Source of the DNA: Patescibacteria group bacterium
GTDB lineage: Bacteria; Patescibacteriota; CPR2; UBA1875
Direction: 5' to 3'
Assembly (NCBI GenBank): GCA_041737595.1
Contig: JBGSRK010000011.1
Location: 2,658-66,657, forward strand
Length of the DNA: 64,000 bases
Shown: piece by piece, positions 58,376-64,000 of the stretch
Layout: every line of letters starts with the position of its first letter
Position numbering within the stretch: position 1 is the stretch's first letter
Translations under genes and position numbers: made by a program
The notes under the pieces: model-generated
Database searches by the model: none
What the model saw: only the letters and a program-made list of their open reading frames with translations
What the model was told of the DNA's origin: nothing

Positions 58376-58469
58376 TGTGGAAAACATTATTAAAATAAGC
58401 ACAAAATATATTTATCCACAGGCACTTAGATAAAATCATTGACATATGTCTTTAGACATGATAAACTGT
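58376..58469 (+). promoter_or_regulatory. DnaA-like boxes and sigma70-type promoter
   Basis: TGTGGAAAA at 58376, perfect TTATCCACA at 58412, TTGACA at 58439 and TGnTAAACT at 58461-58468. Confidence 0.6.
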
Positions 58470-58474
58470 TATCA

Positions 58475-58908
58475 CGATATTAATTTGCCCAAGTCGTACC
58501 TTAAATCGTAAACAAGCACAGCGGAGACTGTGCAGATAATAAGCACCCCCCTTGTTTATTATCTGCACAGTCTCTACTGTTCAAGGTTTTTAAAAAAATT
58601 CTAGGGTTAAAGTATACTCTAGGAAATTAATAAAAATCGATGGTATAGTCCAGTAAGTTGGCTATAAATTTTCTTCGGAATTTTAATAGTCAACTTACTG
58701 AACTTTACCGGAGAACGGTAAAGATATGTTGTCTACCTTAATAAGTAGATAATGCACCTACAAGATCGTAGGCAAAATTTCAACCATGACATCGGAAGAA
58801 AGATGCCACGCTCATACGAGGCGACAGCGCTCAATTATTTATTTTATGGGGCGGATTGTCGCCTCTAATCATGTCTGAACATAATTATCACCAAATGGTG
58901 ATTTTTTT
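58475..58908 (+). ncRNA. Candidate structured ncRNA of unknown family
   Basis: At least 7 stem-loops including 23- and 24-bp stems with G-U pairs, a cUUCGg loop, an upstream promoter and a U7 terminator; no credible ORF. Confidence 0.7.
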
Positions 58909-58966
58909 ATATAATTATCTTTATTCTTTTGATATGATTCTATATACTATATATGAAGGGGGAAGA

Positions 58967-59335
58967 TTGAACTGGCAGAATTTTATCCGCGGACTTATTG
59001 TTAGTACTTTGATTTTTGGAGGAGTAATCCTTTTTTTAACGTTTGCAACTTCTCCAGATGATAACCAAATGGCAATTTGGGCTTACTATTTTTCTGTTTT
59101 CTTTTTTGTTGGTGGGGTAGCATCAATTATAGGCTTTTTGTTTCGTAAATGGTGGATGCATAATGAAGTCCTATTCTCTAATGTAAAAGTTTCAATGCGA
59201 CAAGGTTTTATTTTTTCAAGTCTTATCTGTGGGATGCTTCTTCTTTCAGCTATGCAACTTCTAACATGGTGGGACGCAGTTATTATGTTAGTTTGCACGA
59301 TATTAATAGAATTATATTTTAAAACAAGGAATTAA
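58967..59335 (+). CDS. Membrane protein (4 TM)
   Basis: AAGGGGG SD before TTG at 58967; S.RQG...L..LTWW pattern. Confidence 0.75.
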   Translation: MNWQNFIRGLIVSTLIFGGVILFLTFATSPDDNQMAIWAYYFSVFFFVGGVASIIGFLFRKWWMHNEVLFSNVKVSMRQGFIFSSLICGMLLLSAMQLLTWWDAVIMLVCTILIELYFKTRN

Positions 59336-59336
59336 A

Positions 59337-59711
59337 ATGCAATACAATCCAATAAATATCATTTCAGGTACATTAATACTTTATTTTGTTTCCTATCTTT
59401 TAATAACCTTTTTTACTTTTGTATATATTGGTTTTTTAAAAAATGCTCATAATAAAAAAGCCTCAAAGATATTACTCGCTACCTCACTTGTTTCTTTGGC
59501 ATGGTTGGTTTCGACTTTTGTTTCTTTAGCGGTTTCTTTTTCGAGTGGTGTATTGTTATTTTCAATTTTATCTCTTATATTTATTTTTGGTTTTAGTTAT
59601 TTATTTGCGAAAAAAACACTTAATTTTACTATTAAGGAAAATTTAATCTATTCTTTTATAGCTGCTATAATTTTTAACCCGGGCTGGTTAGTTCTCATGG
59701 GAGTTTTATAA
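59337..59711 (+). CDS. Membrane protein (4 TM)
   Basis: Hydrophobic ORF, TAATG-coupled to pheS. Confidence 0.7.
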   Translation: MQYNPINIISGTLILYFVSYLLITFFTFVYIGFLKNAHNKKASKILLATSLVSLAWLVSTFVSLAVSFSSGVLLFSILSLIFIFGFSYLFAKKTLNFTIKENLIYSFIAAIIFNPGWLVLMGVL

Positions 59712-60733
59712 TGGACATAAATTTAGTTGAAAAAAAATCAATCTCAGAAATAGAAGATTCTAAAAACATAAAAGATCTTTCTGCTATTGAGATTAAATAT
59801 TTAGGTAGAAAAGGAGAGTTAACCGAGCTACTGAAAAGCATTTCTACATTGCCCGTTTCTGAAAGAAAAATTTTTGGGGCTGAAACAAATCGAATTAAGA
59901 AAAAAATTGAGGAATTAATAAAAACCAAGCGTGAAACAATATTAAATTCATCAATCTCAAAATCAATAGATATAACCGCACCAGGTGAAAAATATCCAGA
60001 AGGTCATCTGCACCCAATTACTCACTTTTTGAATAAATCAATAAATGTTTTTAAATCAATGGGTTTTGAGGTTTATGAATCTCCAGAAATTGATCTTGCT
60101 TATTATAATTTTGATGCAATTAATGTTCCAAAAGATCACCCCGCTCGTGATGCATGGGATACATTTTATATTAAAGATGGTTTAGATTTATCTGATGATA
60201 AAAAAATGTTATTAAGAACCCATACTTCAAATTCACAAGTACGTGCTATGGAAGATAGAAAACCACCCGTTAGAATTGTTGTCCCAGGTCGTTGTTATCG
60301 AAATGAAAATGTCGATGCATCACATGAAACAACATTTTATCAAATGGAAGGTTTTGTAATTGATAAGGGGGTAGCATTAACTGATTTAATGGGTACTGTA
60401 CGGATGTTTGCTCAAAAAATGTTTGGTCCAGAAGTAAAAATAAGACCAAGGCCTCATTACTATCCATTTACTGAGCCAAGTATAGATTTTGATATTAGTT
60501 GTATTTTATGTGGAGGAAAAGGTTGCCCTGTTTGTAAAAATTCAGGTTGGCTTGAAGTTATGCCCTCTGGGATGATTAACCCAAAAGTTATTAAAAATAT
60601 GGGGCTTGATCCAGAAGTCTATTCTGGTTTTGCTTTCGGTTTTGGTATTGATAGACTTATGATGCTTTATCATGGGATAAATGATATTCGACTTTCTTAC
60701 AGTGGGGATTTAAGATTTTTGGAGCAGTTTTAA
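59711..60733 (+). CDS. pheS: Phenylalanine--tRNA ligase alpha subunit
   Basis: GHLHP, HPARD.WDTF, LRTHTS, YPFTEPS, GFAFGFGIDR. Confidence 0.98.
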   Translation: MDINLVEKKSISEIEDSKNIKDLSAIEIKYLGRKGELTELLKSISTLPVSERKIFGAETNRIKKKIEELIKTKRETILNSSISKSIDITAPGEKYPEGHLHPITHFLNKSINVFKSMGFEVYESPEIDLAYYNFDAINVPKDHPARDAWDTFYIKDGLDLSDDKKMLLRTHTSNSQVRAMEDRKPPVRIVVPGRCYRNENVDASHETTFYQMEGFVIDKGVALTDLMGTVRMFAQKMFGPEVKIRPRPHYYPFTEPSIDFDISCILCGGKGCPVCKNSGWLEVMPSGMINPKVIKNMGLDPEVYSGFAFGFGIDRLMMLYHGINDIRLSYSGDLRFLEQF

Positions 60734-60945
60734 TGAAAAAGCTAATAATTTTTAATTTAATAATATTCTTTATAATATTTTCAGTAATTTTTTATAAAGG
60801 TTCAATTAATGCTGACATTTGGGGGAAATGGCAAGATTTTGAAATTGTTTTCCCGATTATGATATCATTTTTCCTTGCTGTAATTTTTATGACGCCAGTT
60901 ATGTTGATTGAGTTTTTATTACAAAAAAGGAAAAATAACAAATGA
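60733..60945 (+). CDS. Small 2-TM protein between pheS and pheT
   Basis: Overlaps the pheS stop (TAATG) and the pheT start (ATGA). Confidence 0.6.
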   Translation: MKKLIIFNLIIFFIIFSVIFYKGSINADIWGKWQDFEIVFPIMISFFLAVIFMTPVMLIEFLLQKRKNNK

Positions 60946-63815
60946 AAATATCTTTAAATTGGTTAAAAGAATATGTTGATACAAGTAACTTAACTCCTGA
61001 GCAGATTTCTGAAAAATTGACTCTTTCGGGGTCTGAGGTGGATTCTTTACACAAGCCTGTAAATTATAAAAATATTGTAGTAGGTGAAATAAAAGAAATA
61101 ATAAAACATCCAAACGCCGATAAACTCCAAATAACAAAAACCGATGTGGGTAAAAAAAATGGTGGCATTCTTCAAATAGTTTGTGGTGCACCAAATATTA
61201 AAGTTGGTCAGAAAATCCCTGTTGCTTTAGTTGGTGCCAAATTTGATGATTTTGAGATAAAAAAAGCAAAAATTAGAGATATTGAATCATTTGGAATGCT
61301 TTGTTCCGAAAAAGAACTTGGAATATCAGATGAACATTCTGGAATTATGATTTTAAACGAAAAAGCAACTGTCGGGCAAGATTTTTCAACTTATATTGGG
61401 GCTGATTATGTTTTTGATATAGATATCACTCCAAATCGAGGTGATTGTTTATCAGTTATTGGTATTGCAAGAGAACTTGCGGCAACATTAAATAAGAATG
61501 TTATTAATCTTAAATTCCCAAACGCAACAGTTAAATCTAAAAAAACAGTCAATGTGTTAGTTAAAGAAAAAGATATATGTCCTCGTTATATTTCTAAGGT
61601 AATAGAAGGGGTCAAACTAGGTCCTTCGCCGAAATGGATGCAAGAAAGACTTATTTTAGCTGGTGTGCGGCCAATAAATAATATAGTTGATGTTGCAAAT
61701 TATGTAATGCTTGAATGGGGACAACCACTACATACTTTTGATGGAGATAAAATCAATGGGGATATTATTGTAAGAAAAGCAAAAGAGGGTGAAAAGATAA
61801 TCACTCTTGATGGGCAAGAAAGAAAATTAATTTCAAAAGATATTATTATTTGTGATAGTAAAAAACCAATTGCTCTTGCAGGTGTTATGGGTGGTCTCAA
61901 CTCTGAAATAGATGATAAAACTAAAACAGTAGTACTTGAGGCAGCTGTTTTTGATCGAGTTATGATAAGAAAAACAGCTCAACGACTAAATCTTAGGTCA
62001 GAAGCATCAAATAGATTTGAAAAAGGTATTCCATTAAATTTACCAGAAATAGCAATTGAACGAGCAGCAAGTTTATTAACAGAAATCCCAGGTGGTCTTT
62101 CGGGACAAATGCCAGTGGTAAAACCTAAGGCAGGGAAAAATATTGATGTATTATCACAATGGTTATGGATTCAACATATTGGGATGAGGTTCTCACGTTT
62201 AAAACAAATTATTGGTATAAAAATTTCAGAAGAAAAAGTAATAACCATATTATCTTCTTTAGGGTTTGAAGTGGGAAAATTTGATTTTAAAAAAGAAGCA
62301 AGAAATCAAGTTGGAAAACCATATATTCTTGGTGCTAGTTACAAAACCTATGGGGACATGGCCTTTGATTGCTCATATTTGACTGATTATATATATTCAA
62401 AAATTGGTAAATTTATAGGTTATACTTCGTTGGCTCAATATGAATTAGGAACTTCAATAAAGGATAATGAATTATTACCAGGGGATATTTTATTTATAAA
62501 AGGGCAGATAGATAAATCTGTAACCGATCATTATTTTATCCCAGACGAAAAGACTGGCTATAAAAAAATATTACTAAAAAATAAAAAAGAAGTGGGGCAT
62601 AACGCAATTTATATTGGAGATGGCAGAATAATACATGCTAAGCATTTTGAATATAATTTAAAAACAAAAAAATGGGAGAAATTAAAAGAGGGGAAAGTGA
62701 TAGAAGAAGATGTTACTGTATTTACAAAAAATCCTGATTATCTTGGTGCCAAAAGATATATTACTCCAGGGGTTGATTATTTAGCCATTACAGTTCCTTG
62801 GTGGAGATTAGATATATTAACAGAAGAAGATATATTTGAAGAAATCGCAAGAATTTATGGTTATGACAACTTACCATCAACCCTACCTAGTGGCGAGCTC
62901 CCAATATTTGAAGAAAATAATAAAATAAAAATTTCTAATGACTTAAAATTAATTCTTTCTGGGATCGGTTTTTCGGAAGTCTATAATTATTCATTTGTAT
63001 CAAAAAAACAGATTGAGCTATTTGATGGTAATACTGATAATTCATACATTATTTCAAATCCAACAAATCCTGAACAAAATTATATGAGAACTTCATTGGC
63101 CCCAATACTAATAAATAATGCTGCCACAAACCAAGATAATTTTGATAATTTTAAGATATTTGAAATCGCTCCTGTATATAAAAAATTGAAAAATAATACA
63201 TCAGAAGAACCTTTGTTTTTAGGAATGATTATAAAATCAAATAAAAAAAATAATACTTCGGCCTTTTATGAAACAAAAGGAGCAATAGATATTCTATTTA
63301 ATAAAATAAATTTAGGTAAAGCAGAATATAAGGAAGACAAAATAGAGTATTTATCAGAAGGACAAATGGCTTTTATATATATAAATAATATTAAAGTAGG
63401 TCATATCGGGATGCTAAGTGACAAAATAAAACATGAATATAAGATTAAAACACCAATGGCACTTGCTGAAATTGAAATATCAAAATTATTACCACTCTAT
63501 GGCGAAATTATTCAATATAAAGAAATATCAAAATTTCCTTTTATTGTCCGTGATATCAATATATTATTCCCCTTAACAGTAAGCGCTAAAACAATTACCC
63601 AAGAATTCTCGAAATTCCAAATTGATAAGCTTATTTCTATTGAACTTGTAGATATATTTGAGGGAGGTAGCTTGCCACCCGATAAGAAAAGTGTCACAAT
63701 TAGATTAACTTTTGGTTTGAAAGATAAAACTCTTAAAGAAGAGGAAATCGTAGAAAGCCTGAGTTTAATTACAAAAAAATTGATAAACAAAACCGGTGGT
63801 GAGATTCGTAGTTAG
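60942..63815 (+). CDS. pheT: Phenylalanine--tRNA ligase beta subunit with inserted NlpC/P60 domain
   Basis: MKISLNWLKEY, HPNADKL, TPNRGD, RFEKG, VPWWRLDI..EED..EEIARIYGY, C-terminal anticodon-binding domain; extra ~160 aa. Confidence 0.96.
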   Translation: MKISLNWLKEYVDTSNLTPEQISEKLTLSGSEVDSLHKPVNYKNIVVGEIKEIIKHPNADKLQITKTDVGKKNGGILQIVCGAPNIKVGQKIPVALVGAKFDDFEIKKAKIRDIESFGMLCSEKELGISDEHSGIMILNEKATVGQDFSTYIGADYVFDIDITPNRGDCLSVIGIARELAATLNKNVINLKFPNATVKSKKTVNVLVKEKDICPRYISKVIEGVKLGPSPKWMQERLILAGVRPINNIVDVANYVMLEWGQPLHTFDGDKINGDIIVRKAKEGEKIITLDGQERKLISKDIIICDSKKPIALAGVMGGLNSEIDDKTKTVVLEAAVFDRVMIRKTAQRLNLRSEASNRFEKGIPLNLPEIAIERAASLLTEIPGGLSGQMPVVKPKAGKNIDVLSQWLWIQHIGMRFSRLKQIIGIKISEEKVITILSSLGFEVGKFDFKKEARNQVGKPYILGASYKTYGDMAFDCSYLTDYIYSKIGKFIGYTSLAQYELGTSIKDNELLPGDILFIKGQIDKSVTDHYFIPDEKTGYKKILLKNKKEVGHNAIYIGDGRIIHAKHFEYNLKTKKWEKLKEGKVIEEDVTVFTKNPDYLGAKRYITPGVDYLAITVPWWRLDILTEEDIFEEIARIYGYDNLPSTLPSGELPIFEENNKIKISNDLKLILSGIGFSEVYNYSFVSKKQIELFDGNTDNSYIISNPTNPEQNYMRTSLAPILINNAATNQDNFDNFKIFEIAPVYKKLKNNTSEEPLFLGMIIKSNKKNNTSAFYETKGAIDILFNKINLGKAEYKEDKIEYLSEGQMAFIYINNIKVGHIGMLSDKIKHEYKIKTPMALAEIEISKLLPLYGEIIQYKEISKFPFIVRDINILFPLTVSAKTITQEFSKFQIDKLISIELVDIFEGGSLPPDKKSVTIRLTFGLKDKTLKEEEIVESLSLITKKLINKTGGEIRS

Positions 63816-63823
63816 GGGTAATT

Positions 63824-64000
63824 ATAAAAAATATAGATTCAATTACATCTCCATCTAAAAAAGAAAAACCTTTAGATAATAAAATAACAGCTATAAATTT
63901 TAAAAAAGATAGATTTATTAGTTTTTGGAATTCAGAATTAAAAATTACACCCTTAAAAAAAGTTATCAAAAAGAAGAATAAACCTAAATTAATAAAGAAT
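63824..64000 (+). CDS. 5' end of hypothetical protein (partial, probable ATA start)
   Basis: AGGGG SD overlapping the pheT stop, then 59 open codons (I/M)KNIDSITSPSKK... to the window end. Confidence 0.5.
   Translation, partial: MKNIDSITSPSKKEKPLDNKITAINFKKDRFISFWNSELKITPLKKVIKKKNKPKLIKN

Noticed and set aside
62280-62765. Intein in pheT
   Set aside because: No N-terminal C/S or C-terminal HN-C/S/T splice motifs and no LAGLIDADG blocks; the motifs match NlpC/P60

Overview
AT-rich (roughly 30% GC by eye) bacterial chromosome segment. The gene set and style look like a Patescibacteria/CPR genome; this is inference, not a database result. Housekeeping content: infC-rpmI-rplT, rpmB, thrS, argS, pheS/pheT, miaA/miaB, murT-gatD, pyrG, ppa, rnhA, smpB, rmuC, a UvrD-nuclease fusion and a Clp ATPase, plus RNase P RNA, tmRNA and tRNA-Val(GAC). 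Most notable observations: (1) PheT carries an intact ~160-aa NlpC/P60 cysteine-peptidase domain (Cys-His-His) inserted in its B5 domain; (2) a ~430-nt, highly structured orphan ncRNA at 58.5-58.9 kb has its own promoter, DnaA-like boxes, a terminator and a C-rich loop; (3) five genes, not only infC, appear to start at AUA behind strong G-rich SD sites, while many AUG genes look leaderless; (4) a small GIY-YIG nuclease gene sits in an array of GTC-tagged palindromic repeats whose relatives are scattered through the window, including inside a MITE and inside a coding region.
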